From contig CAXXFL010000007.1 of NCBI GenBank assembly GCA_963674965.2, positions 448,001 through 512,000 on the forward strand: a DNA stretch of 64,000 bases, in the 5' to 3' direction. Positions 1 to 12,100 of the stretch are shown here, one piece after another; position 1 is the stretch's first letter, and each line of letters begins with the position of its first letter. The stretch is from a bacterium (GTDB taxonomy: Bacteria > RBG-13-61-14 > DATKZS01). The notes beneath the pieces are model-generated. The model saw only the letters and a list, made by a program, of their open reading frames with translations, had not been told where the DNA came from and did not search any database. Both the position numbers and the translations under genes were made by a program.

Positions 1-2
1 CC

Positions 3-383
3 AAGCAGGCCGAGGCCAGAATGAACCTGGGCGAGATATATATTTGCCAGATTTCCTACTTTTCCATAGCCGGGACCTTTGCCGGTTCCGACAACGCGGA
101 CGGCGATGACGCCTTCGAGCAAATCGGTTATGAGCCGAAAAGCCAACAAAACCTGAGGTACACATACCTGCTTGACGACGCTCTTCTCGAGGCCCCTCAT
201 CCTCCCGCTTCACTGCCCGGCACTCTCCAGTCAACCAGCACGGGGTTCACGGCCATAGCGGCGGGCAATATAGACAATGATCCCTATGTTGACGTCTGGG
301 CCATCAACGACGCCAGGGACTTGCAAAACCGAATCCCTTCCGCCGACTCCTGGGGAGACTACGCTTCCGACGTTGAGAATTGA
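3..383 (+). CDS. Type IV pilin (PilA-like), 5'-truncated by window edge
   Basis: The frame is open from nt 3. KQAEARMNLGEIYICQISYF resembles the post-TM helix of deltaproteobacterial pilins (KQSEAKTNLxxIY). The C-terminal FTAIAAGNIDNDPYVDVWAIN motif is also typical. Confidence 0.75.
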   Translation, partial: KQAEARMNLGEIYICQISYFSIAGTFAGSDNADGDDAFEQIGYEPKSQQNLRYTYLLDDALLEAPHPPASLPGTLQSTSTGFTAIAAGNIDNDPYVDVWAINDARDLQNRIPSADSWGDYASDVEN

Positions 384-644
384 CGCCCCCCCTTTATTAA
401 AGTATCGTCGGCGCTTGCAACCGCGAAAATATTTTGCTGGGAGATAATTCCTTCCGCTTCGGAACGGGCCTTGTCTTCCCGCTTGCCGAAGGAATATGGA
501 TATTTCCCCTTGACGAATACGCCCTGTTTTATCCCACAAATGTGTCCTTGATCTTTCCCGGCTTTGGATATACTTGAATTATGCAATTACGGCTTGAGAG
601 TTCCAAATATTTTTGATATCTTGGGCGCTCCCGGATAAACGGCC

Positions 645-2789
645 ATGAAGGCGTCCAACAACACAAGATACGACCTGCCCAGCTCGAGGATTCTTATCAG
701 GACCCTGCGCCGGGTGGAGAAACGTTTCACCGAAATCGTGGGAGACGACCGCGAAAGCCCGGAGTCGGAGAGCATTTTCGATCAAATCCTTTCCATGGCC
801 ATGGACCTTTTCGTGGTCAGGCTTTTAGAGGAGACCGGGACCCTGCCGGACAGGTATCTCGTTCATGGCAAGAGAGCGAGAAAACTTACCGCCAACGAGA
901 GCCATGACCGTCTCGCCGCCTTTAATCAATGGGCGGGCTGGGAAGTGTTCGATCTTGGCCCCTGGCGGGGACCCGGCCCGGGCGACGAGCTTTCCATATT
1001 AGACCATGAAATCCACCTGAACAGGTTCTGGCCCCCGGGCATGACGGCCGAGACCCTAGGCGCTCTCTGGGAGGAACGGTTGCCCTCCCAAAAGCGACAC
1101 GGCGTTTTTTATACTCCCCGCTCCATCGTGGACCATATCGTTACCAACTCTCTTGCCCTTTGGTTTGAGGACGGGCACGCGGGTCCTCCTCATCTGATCG
1201 ATCCAGCCTGTGGAGGCGGCTATTTTTTACTGGCGGCGCTGAGGGAAATCTCCGGCCGCGAGATGAAGGCCATTGGCTCGGGACGGGACCTGTTCTCTCC
1301 CCTTATCGAGTCGCCCAGGGGAGAACTGACCCTTAGCCCGGAAGGGAAAATGGAAATCATCGGGGAATTCATTCACGGCGTGGACATTGACGGCGCGGCC
1401 ATCGAGTTGGCGCGCAAGGCCCTGTTCATCGAGGTGATTTCCGGAGTGGAGGCATTCTCCAGGCCCTCTCCCTCTTTCGCGCCTCTTTTAAAAAACCTGA
1501 AAGTGGGCGACAGCGTTCTCGAGCAAAGTTTTCCCCAGCAGGCCGAACTATTCGCCCTGTCCTCCCCCCCTCCCCTTTCCCCATTCGACTGGCGGGACCG
1601 GGAAAGCGGTTTCGGGGAAATCCTGGAAAATGGAGGTTTTTCCCTGGTAATCGGAAACCCTCCATGGATCAGCCTGAAGGGACGGCGCCGCCAGACTCCC
1701 TATTCCTCTGGAGTTATCAGGCACCTGATCGAGCGATACGACGCCGATACCTATCGGCCCAACATAGTCGAGTTCTTTATAAGAAGATCTCTGGAGGTCC
1801 TCTCGGAGGGAGGGATCAACGGGTTCGTTGTCCCCGACCGGGTGGCCGAGAACGTGCAGTTCGGTCCCCTGCGCGAGTTCATGCTGGAAAAGGGGGAGCT
1901 TGTCAGCCTCCATTTTCGGGAACCCTTCCCCGGGGTGGTCGCGGATACTCTCATCTACGTTTTCCGCAAGCGGACGAAACCCAGGAAATCCTTGAAAATA
2001 AAAATCACCGATCACTGTGGATCAATCAAAACGGCGCCCCAGTCCTTTTGGACCAAAACCGGGGGCCGACCTCCCGTGGAAAAAACGGACGATGAAGTCG
2101 AGAACATCCTCCGGAAAATCGAAACCGCCGGGAGAAGGCAGTTCGCGGATTTCTTCGAGACCGGAGTTGGCTTCATCGCCAAGTCACGGAGAATAACCGA
2201 GGAAAAGGATCACGACCTGCAAAGGCGGGTGATCAAGGGAGAACATATATCGCCCTATTTCAGGACGGGCAACGCCTGGTTCGAGTTCACCCTTACCAAC
2301 CTGGCCGGCGGCACCAGAAACCTGAAAAAACTTGAAAAGCCCGACAGGATACTTCTTCGCAAAACCGGCGCCCGCATCATAGCGGCTCGAGACCAAAGCG
2401 GCTTTTTACCCGAGCAGTCCCTTTACTTCGCCTTTCCCCGGGACAGGAGGCTGGCAAGGGCCTATGATATTAATTATTTTCTCGGCATTCTCAACTCGCG
2501 GGTGATGTCCTTTTACTTCAGGCACAGGAAGATTACCAACCGGGCCTCCACTCCTCAAATTAAAAAAGTCCACCTCGATTCCCTGCCAATAAGGCCCATA
2601 CATTTCAAGGACAGTGAAGCCACGAAACTTTACGAGTCCATGACCGAGGCCGTAGCCAAGAGAAGCGCGCAAAACGCAGAAAACCATGAAAAGCTCGACA
2701 CTTTGATCGATGAGGTGGCCGCCAAGCTCTACGGACTTGGCGAGAAGGACCTAAAGATCATCGAGTCGCACATGAATAAAGGCTGGTAA
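645..2789 (+). CDS. Solitary gamma-class N6-adenine DNA methyltransferase (Eco57I/TaqI-like with C-terminal specificity domain)
   Basis: Motifs GVFYTP, IDPACGGGYFL (motif I), GVDID and IGNPPW (motif IV), with a TaqI_C-like tail (ILLRKTG...LGILNSRV...LPIR). Confidence 0.85.
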   Translation: MKASNNTRYDLPSSRILIRTLRRVEKRFTEIVGDDRESPESESIFDQILSMAMDLFVVRLLEETGTLPDRYLVHGKRARKLTANESHDRLAAFNQWAGWEVFDLGPWRGPGPGDELSILDHEIHLNRFWPPGMTAETLGALWEERLPSQKRHGVFYTPRSIVDHIVTNSLALWFEDGHAGPPHLIDPACGGGYFLLAALREISGREMKAIGSGRDLFSPLIESPRGELTLSPEGKMEIIGEFIHGVDIDGAAIELARKALFIEVISGVEAFSRPSPSFAPLLKNLKVGDSVLEQSFPQQAELFALSSPPPLSPFDWRDRESGFGEILENGGFSLVIGNPPWISLKGRRRQTPYSSGVIRHLIERYDADTYRPNIVEFFIRRSLEVLSEGGINGFVVPDRVAENVQFGPLREFMLEKGELVSLHFREPFPGVVADTLIYVFRKRTKPRKSLKIKITDHCGSIKTAPQSFWTKTGGRPPVEKTDDEVENILRKIETAGRRQFADFFETGVGFIAKSRRITEEKDHDLQRRVIKGEHISPYFRTGNAWFEFTLTNLAGGTRNLKKLEKPDRILLRKTGARIIAARDQSGFLPEQSLYFAFPRDRRLARAYDINYFLGILNSRVMSFYFRHRKITNRASTPQIKKVHLDSLPIRPIHFKDSEATKLYESMTEAVAKRSAQNAENHEKLDTLIDEVAAKLYGLGEKDLKIIESHMNKGW

Positions 2790-3143
2790 GTCCTTTTAAA
2801 TCAATTACATAGACTGTATTTTATCATGGCGTGAAATTTATCGTTATCCCTGATTAACTCCTCCGCCATCGTAATACCAAAAAGGCCATATGGCCTCATG
2901 GCCCGGATTATTTTTCATATTGCGCCGAATCCTTCTTAGGCTTGCCTTATCTTGGAAAGATTATTTGAGAATTTCGTATATTAAAGCATAACGCCATATA
3001 TCGTCCTTGGGTTTGGGGATGGATTAAAACGCGACAAAATGCTATTATCAGTACCGCGCGCGGCAAGTGTTTCTCGTCATAACTTTCATCTTAGCCGCTC
3101 TCGATCAGGGGTATTCGGACATTCTGACCATTTGGGAGACAAG

Positions 3144-6100
3144 ATGATGAAAAGGCTCCGGACGGCTTTCGTACTGGCTATGTTTTTTTTCCTTTTCGGC
3201 CTGACCCAGTCGGCCCTTGCCCAGGATTCCGATGGGGACGGAATCTTCGATTACTGGGAGCGATTGCACCCTTGCCTTGACCCCGAGGTGGACGACTCGA
3301 GCCTTGATCCCGACTCGGACGGCATGACCTCATTGGCCGAATACCAGTACTCGACGCTAATGGATCCGTGCACGGCCGACTCGGACGGAGGTGGCGAGAT
3401 CGACGGGGACGAGGTCGCTGGAAACCGGCACCCCCTGAACCAATGGGACGACTTGACGGTAACATATACCGGCGCCGGCGCGGTGAGCCATTACCAACCT
3501 CTTCGTGAAGATTACCAGGATTCCCGCTCCCAGTACATCTATCCAGCCTCCGTATTCGGGGACTCGGGGACCATAAGGTCCTTCGCCATCTACTTGTCCA
3601 CCGTCCCAGGTTCCACGATCGAGGACTTCACCATCCGCATGAAGCACACCGATAAGCTATCCTACGGCACACAAAGCGAGTGGGAAGGGCCCGACTCGGG
3701 CTGGACCACCGTTTACCACCTGGACACTAAAATATCCTCGACGGGCTGGTATTTCTTCAACTTCTCCACCCCCTTTCAATACAACGGCGAGGACAACGTG
3801 ATGGTGGACTTCAGCTTCTATCAGAACTCCGCCGTTTCCTCCGGTTACTGCCGATATAGCGGTCTCGGTTATTGGTCGATCCTCTACAACCGCAGCAACG
3901 GAGTTTTCGGCGACCCTCTCCTCTTCGAGGGCGATTATCCTCCAATCGACAATAACTATACTTACCGTAGCATGTCCATGGTCAATCTCCAGATATTGAC
4001 TCGAAAAACCGACTCCGACGGGGACTGGCTTCCCGACGCATGGGAAGAGAATTACTCGTGCATGATGGCCTCGACCGCCGACTCGGGCTCGGACTACGAC
4101 TCGGACGGGCTCGACAACGAGGAGGAGTTCAACTTCGCCACCGACCCCTGCAACCCAGACACTGACGGGGGGGGCGAGTCCGACTACGATGAATTCGACA
4201 ACGGCCGCGATCCCCTTAACGAACTGGACGACGTCATTTTCGCCGAGACCGGAACGGGAACGGTCTCCTTCCAGCAGCCCTTGCGCACCGGCTACCACGA
4301 GTCGAGAACGCAGCAGATTTACCTGGCCTCCGAGATCGGTGGGGCCGGGGCCATCAATACCCTCAGCCTAAACGTGTCCGTCGTGCCCGGACAGACGGCG
4401 GAAAACTTCACCATCAGGATGAAGCACACCGACCTTGACCTGTTCTCGACCATAGCCTTCGACGGGCCGGACTCCGGCTGGACCACCGTGTTCCAGGACG
4501 ACGTCAAGGTTTCCTCCACCGGATGGATCCAGTTTGATCTATCAACCCCCTTCATCTATAACGGCACGGATAACCTGATGGTCGACTTCTCCTTTGACAA
4601 CTCCTCCGCCACCACCGACGGCCGGGTATGGTCGTCCTCAGTGGGTTCGATCAGGTCCATCTACTACAGAAGCAACTCCAACGCGTATGGGGACCCGCTT
4701 GACTGGCCCACCGCCTCCTTGCCCACTCCCTATACCTCGACATATCTGAACAACATGAGGATGACCATCGTCAACCCCGGCGACGCGGACTTCGACGGAT
4801 TGACCAACGGGCAGGAAATCCTGATCGGGACCGACCCCTACTATCCCGACACCGACCAGGACGGGATTCGGGACGGATGGGAAAATTCCTATGGCACGGA
4901 TCCCCTCGTTCGCGACTCGAACCAGGACCCCGACGCCGACGGACTGACCAACCTGTCCGAGTACATGGCCGGCACGAGTCCCCAACTTTCCGACTCCGAC
5001 GGCGGCGGCGTGGGCGACTCGGTCGAGATGCGGGGCGGATACGACCCGACCGACTCCCTCGAGGAGTACGCGGGCCGGGAAATTTTACTGGGCGGAACAA
5101 GCTCCGGAAACTGGACGGCCGCTGGAAGAGCGCGAGGCAATAAACTGAGGGTCACCCAGCCGGCGGTGCTGCGCTCCTTTTCCCAATACCTTAGCGTGCC
5201 CGCCGGGTCCGAGATTTACTTCACCATCTACGAGGGAGACACGCTTGACGGCGTCTACGATAAAATCTGGCAGAAAAAATTCACCCCCGAGTCAGGCGGG
5301 GAGGGATGGTACGACTCGGGACCCATCGACGCCCACCTGGACGCGGGCAAGTTCTATTCGATCATGGCCATATGGGGCTCGACCTACTCCGTCACCTACT
5401 ACGGTGGGACCGAATACTCCCTGCCGGGCCTGTCCACCTTCTTCGGCGAAGTCGTCTACGGGGCCTTTTTAAACACCGTGACCATGCCGCCGCCCGACAC
5501 CGAGTCGCCGGGCAATAATACTCCATATTTTTATTACCAGAAACTCAACCTCTGCGAAAAGGGCTGCTACCCGGAAAAGGTCGCCATCTTCAGGGACAGC
5601 ACCGGCTACGGCATGAATGACGCCGCGTTGCTCGATAGCCGCGGAGTCGAGTACGACGTGTATACCAACTCCGGCATAGGAGTTACGGACCTGTCCAAGT
5701 ACGACAAGGTCATCGTCCACGGCTACCAGTCGGAGGCCTTCTACGACAAGCTCGAGGACAACATGTACTGGGTCAACCAGTGGGTGGCCGCCGGAGGCAA
5801 CTTCGATTTCCAGGGCTTCACCTCCACCAACCGCTGGCACTTCATTCACCGGATTCCCACGAACATTTCATCGCCCAACTCGGACCTCGTCTACTCTCCC
5901 CAAATAATGCAGCCCTATCATTCCCTGATGATCGGAGTGTCGCCCAGTTCCATCTCTCCTTATTACGGCCGGGGCAAATTCGGGACCTGGGGCGGAGACC
6001 CCACCCACCTCATCTCCGGGAGCGGAACAAATCCTATTCACGACGTCTTCGACTACGGAGAGGGAAGGACCATCTGCACCACCATTCCCGTAAATTTATC

Positions 6101-9100
6101 CAGCCTGCCCGCCAGGGCCAAAAACATCCTCCGAAATATGACCCTGGCCGAAAAGGACCCGCCCACTTGCGAGGGACTCGACTCCGTGCTGGCCGGAAGC
6201 ACCGCCAACTCGAGCTGGATGTATTACTACAACGTGGGCAACAAGTACTACGTCTCACAGGACTCGGTCCTGGTTTCATTCAGCGGGTTCCTCGACCCCC
6301 AGCCGGGCAAGTTCCTTGACTGCCGCGTCTTCGAGGCCAAAAGCCCCGAGGACGAGTTCGAGGAGGTCTATCAGAGAAAAGTCTACACCGCCGACGGGAC
6401 CGCCGATTGGTACGGGCCCGCCGACATGGAAGTGCATCTCGAGTCCGGCAAGTATTACGCCATGACCTGCGGATGGGGAAACGACGCCACCTATTACTAC
6501 TATGAAACGTCCCCTTCCTTTCCCCTTGAGACTGAATTTGGACAGTTAGAGTACGGGGCCTCCAAGGCTGGGTTCCCTCTGGCGAAGGAAATTAAAATCT
6601 CATCCAGCGCGAAATACATGTTCCGCCAACGCGTCGTCACCCGTCCATCCGACTGCCGAGGACCCGACAAGGACGGAGACTGGATCGAGGACGACGTCGA
6701 GTCCATTCTGTCAACCTCCAGTTCGTCTCCCGATTCCGACGGAGACTACATGCCCGACGGATGGGAAGAGGCCTTTAATCTCGACCCGAAATTCGCCAAT
6801 GGAGACGAGGACGAGGACGGCGACGGACTCACCAACCTGGACGAGTTCGCGTGGGGGACCTACCCCACCGTCAGGGATACCGACCTGGATGGACTCAACG
6901 ACGACGTCGAGGTGCTTCTCGCCCATACTCGGCCCGACAACGCCGACTCCGACGCAGACGGCATGGGCGACTTGAGCGAGTTTATCGAGGGGACCGATCC
7001 GTGGGACGCCGACTCCGACGACGACGAGCTTCCCGACGGGTGGGAATTCGACAACGGACTCGACCCCCTGGTTGACGTCTCCCCCATCCTCGATCCCGAC
7101 GGTGACGGGCTCACCAACTGGCAGGAATATTACTACGGCACCGACCCCCAAAGCGTCGACTCCGACGGCGACGGCATCTCCGACGTGGACGAGATAACCC
7201 TCACCCTCACCATCCCCTGGGACGCCGACTCCGACGGAGACGGCATGGACGACCTGTGGGAGATCGAGAACGGACTCGATCCCCTCTCGGACGACTCCGA
7301 CCAGGACCCCGACTCCGATACCATCTCCAACGCCATGGAGTATTTTCTCCAGACCGATCCCAACGACTACGATATAGACATCGACCATGACGGTCTACTT
7401 AACTCCTTCGAGAACCAGTTCGGCACCGACCAGCAGGACCCCGACACCGACGGCGGACTCGAGTGGGACGGACTCGAGGTCATGGTCGGAAACGACCCCA
7501 ACGACGACTCAGACGACAGGGGATGGCTGCCCGGATCGACCGTTATCGTCTCCGATATCTACGATTTCGACTTCGTCACCGCCCGAACCAAGGGAGGGGA
7601 CATGCACGCCCTGTGGACGCAAAGAGACAACCCCCAGGAGGACAGGTACGGGATATACTACTCCCTCTACGCCGCCGGTTGGTACGCCCCTACCATGCTC
7701 TGCGCCACCACCGTACAAGGACTGGACATGGTGGCCTACGGCTCGACCGTTCACGTCGCCTGGATCAGGAACGGATACGACATGTGGAACGACTCCGTCG
7801 TGTACCAGGCCAGGGACAGGTACGGAGTATGGGGAAGCAGCGTCGAACTGGCCGCCGACTCCCACTACGGAGTTAAGCTCGCCGCCAACAACCTGGGTGA
7901 AGTATACGCCTTCTTCGGGGCCGCCGGAGGAGACACCATGCTCTACAGGGTAAGAAGCTCGGGAGTCTGGGCCCCGGCCGCCGAGGTGCCCCTCGATATT
8001 TACCGGTACTCGAACAACAACCGGGAATTCGCCGTCACCGCCGACGTCTCGGGCAATATCCATATGGCCTATGAACAATTGGATGACGTCCCCCAGACGC
8101 TCTGGTATACAATGTTCGATAGAACGGCCTGGACCGAGCCCGTTAACCTGGCCAACGACATGGCGAACACCGGCGCAGGCAGGCCCAGGATCGTGACCGA
8201 CAAGGACGGGGACCCCCATGTCCTTTACATTGCGGCCGTGTCCGGCGACAACGAGCTCTTCTACAGAAACAGAAAGGACGGAGTCTGGTCGGACAGCGAG
8301 CATATAGACGCCTTCGCCGTCGCCGGCGCCTACGATCTGGGCCTGGACTACTACCAGAACCTGTATATCGCGTCCTTCAGCAAGTTCACCGCCATGGCCG
8401 GGTTCGGCATGGTCGGGCCAATAAAATACCTGCCAAGCTCATGGAACAGGGCCAATAAGTTGATAGTGGAACAGGACGTGAACAGGCTTCACCTTTTCTA
8501 CAATAAAACCGTCTCCGGAGATCAGGACGCCCACTACCATACCATCCTGCAATACGAGGACACCGACTCCGATGGACTCAACGACCTCCAGGAGTTCCTC
8601 ATGGGGTCAAACCCCGCCATGAGCGACTCCGACTCCGACGGGCTCGACGATCCCACCGAGTTCCATTACGGCTCCGATCCCAACCTCGCCGATTCCGACG
8701 ACGACGGGATCATCGACGGAGACGAGACGGAGATCGAGATGCCCTTCAACTGCCTCGAGGATGGATGTTCTATTGCGGGATGCACTCTTGGACACTTCGA
8801 CGGACATAATTACCTTGCCTGCAGTGGCCCCCTGATCTGGCAAAACGCCCGGGATTTCTGCCGGGCCTACGGCGGCGACCTTGCCTCCATCGAGTACTAC
8901 GACGAAAAGGAATATCTCGAGGAGATCACCTCAACCACCGCCTGGGTCGGACTCAACGACATGCAAATCGAGAACCGCTTCGAATGGTCCAACGGAAACC
9001 CCTTCGCCTACAAGCCATGGGCATCGAACGAGCCTAACGACTCCGGCTACAATCAGGACTGCGCCTACATCTCGGGAGTCAATGGGGCACTCTACGACTA

Positions 9101-12100
9101 CTCGTGTACTTACGCGAGGGCCTTTATATGCGAGGACGGAACACACCTGGATCCTAACGACCCCGATTCCGACGGAGGGGGCGAAGAGGACGGGCTCGAG
9201 TTGTATCTGGGCAAGGACCCCCTCGACCCGGATGACGATTACGCCCACGGACCTATATCCATCGCCTACGCCGACTCGACGGAGAACCCGAAAAACTTGA
9301 ATCTCATCCTGGACGAAAACGGCAGGATATCCATTTTATATCACGTTGACTATTACTCCGGCGGGTACATCGACGAGATCAGGATTACGTCCTCAACTGA
9401 CGGTGGGGAAAGCTGGGGAGACTACCAGATGGTATGGACCGAGACCGGATGGGAAGGCGTAACCTTCTACGACGCCGCCGTCCTAGCCCCCAACAGCGTC
9501 ATGTTCATGCTCGACTCCGACACCACGCTCTACTCCGGCATATACTCCGGGACCACCGTGACCGCGCTGTCCGTCATTACCAGGGAATTCTCCGACGTCG
9601 AGGACCCCGCCACCCTCTCCGTCATCGGGGCCAATACCGTCATGGCCGTGTTCAACGCCTGGCCGCCTCCCGAGGCCGCTAACCAGGCCATCCAGGTCTA
9701 CTACGCCATATGGACCTCGTCCGGCGGATGGGGACCGGTCAGCATGCTCTCGGACCAGTACGCCGCCAACGAGGGTGCATTGTATCCGACCACCTACGTG
9801 TCGGCCGACGGCAAGGTGCACGTAGTGTACGAGGCCCTGGTCTACACGCCGGAGGGAGACAGGTCGGAGGTTTATTACAGGTGCTGGGATGGGTCCTCAT
9901 GGTCGCCCGAGGAAATAGTAATGGTCGATACTGACGGCCAGTTGGCCTACGCCACCATTACCGTAAGTGAAAACGGCGAGAGACACGTGCAGACCAACAG
10001 GATCAGCATCGAGGGAGTATTATACAGCGTCCTCTACGCCAATTACGACGGGGACGAGTGGACAGAGCCCATCTTCCTGGGAGGAGACTTCTATCTGTCC
10101 ATGCCCTATGGACTCGTGTCCGAGAGAATTACCGAGACACATCCGCAAATTCTGCATTCCTTCGCCATAGCCCCCGAAAGCGGCCTCAACCAGGTCTACA
10201 GGATTTCCCGGTTCAATAAATACTGGACCAAACCCATACTGTTCCTGCCCAACCATGAGCCGGCCGAGACCTTGGCCGACCCCTACGGGACCATCCACAT
10301 GATCGGGGAAATAGCTGGAGCCGATAGAAGAATCTTCTACACCAGCTACTACTACCCCGACACCGACCTTGACGGCATTACCGACGACGGCGAGTATTAC
10401 AACGGCTCCGACATGGACAACCCCGACTCCGATGGGGACGGTCTGACCGATTACGAGGAGCTCATTATTACCGATACCGACCCCAACTCCGAGGACACCG
10501 ACTCCGACGGGCTCCTCGACGCCGATGAGGTCGCCTCCGGCACCGACCCCAACCTGTGGGACTCCGACTCCGACGGACTCCCGGACGCATGGGAAGTCCT
10601 CGCCGGGACCAGCGCCCTCATCGACGACAATACCGCCGATCCCGATGGAGACGGACTCACCAACTACCAGGAGTTCAGCTACAATACCGATCCCATCAAC
10701 CCCGAGCCCATACCATCATCAACCTGCTCCGCGCCCGAGTACTACAACGGGAACTCCATTCCAGTCCAATATTCATGCGACACATATATCGCCGAGCTCG
10801 ACCTTTACGTCAGCTTCAACTCCTCTCCCTTCATTAACATGGCGGCCTTCGGATATACCCATTCCTGCGTGGGATTGCAGTTCTTCTTCACGCCATATTG
10901 GGGGGACGGCACTTACCAGTTCGCCACCAGGGCAAGGATCGGAGACGCCCTCCTCGAGGAAGTACCAACCGCGGCCGAGACCACCTGCATTCTCGACAGG
11001 CAAAAACCATCGTTGCCAACGCCGGACGACGACGGAGACTATACCAGCATCGTCTCAAGCATTAACGCCTACGCCGAGGCCACGGACCAGGGACTGGCCG
11101 GAATTGATAACTACTATTACGCCATCGGGACCTCGGCTTATCCAAACTCCGGATGGAACTCCGTTATCACCTGGAACTGGGATGACGGTGACGGCGACGT
11201 CCACCACGTGTTCGGCACGACAACCCTTGACTATAATGAGACCTATTACGTCACCGTCGGGGCCATCGACCTGGCGGGTAATACGAGCCAGCCTCAATCC
11301 ACCAACGGAATAGTCGTGGACGTTACGCCGCCCGCCGTTCCGGTCGTGATCGACGACGGGACTTATACGGGTTACACCGACCGCTTTCACGCGACGTGGA
11401 CGTGCGGGGGGGACAGCGTTTCGGGCATAGTGAGATACTACTACGCCATCGGGACGTCCGTTGGCTCGACGGTGATTGCGGGTTGGACCTCTAATGCCAC
11501 GCTGACGGAGGTGACCAGGTTCGGGCTCGAGCTCGAGGACGGGTCGAGTTACTTTATCGGGGTGAGGGCCGTTAACGGGGCGGGGCTTACGAGCGTGGGG
11601 TGGTCCGATGGGATACTCGTCGACTCGAGGGGGCCGGAGATCGCCTGGTCGTCGCCGGCGCATCGGGAGATCGTGAACGACGACATGCCGCCCGTGGACT
11701 TGCCGGTCAGTATAAACTTCATCGACCCGGGCGGGGCGGGGATCGACTGGGCGAGCCTCGAGATGGTGCTCGACTTCAGCACCGTGCAGAGCTTCAGCCA
11801 GGACGGGGACACGGTGAGCTTCGACGCGCTGGCCCTCGACCTGGGCAACCACGTGGTGAACGTGCAGGTCGCGGACCTGGCGGGGAACGGTCTTAACCGG
11901 AACGTCATCTTCGTGGTCGAGGACCCGCGGCGGGTGATAATCAATCCGGTATACGTGGAATGGGCCCCGGGCGACGGGGACGCGACCTTCGTGGCCGACG
12001 GCGGCACCGGCGCGTACCGGTGGGCGGCGACGGGCGGGGCGCTCGATTCCTTCACCGGGGCCGAGGTTGTCTTCACGCCGGGCCCCGAGGCGGGGGCCTA

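Noticed and set aside
3039-3143. Upstream extension of the giant ORF
   Set aside because: The SD and signal peptide fit ATG 3144 better.
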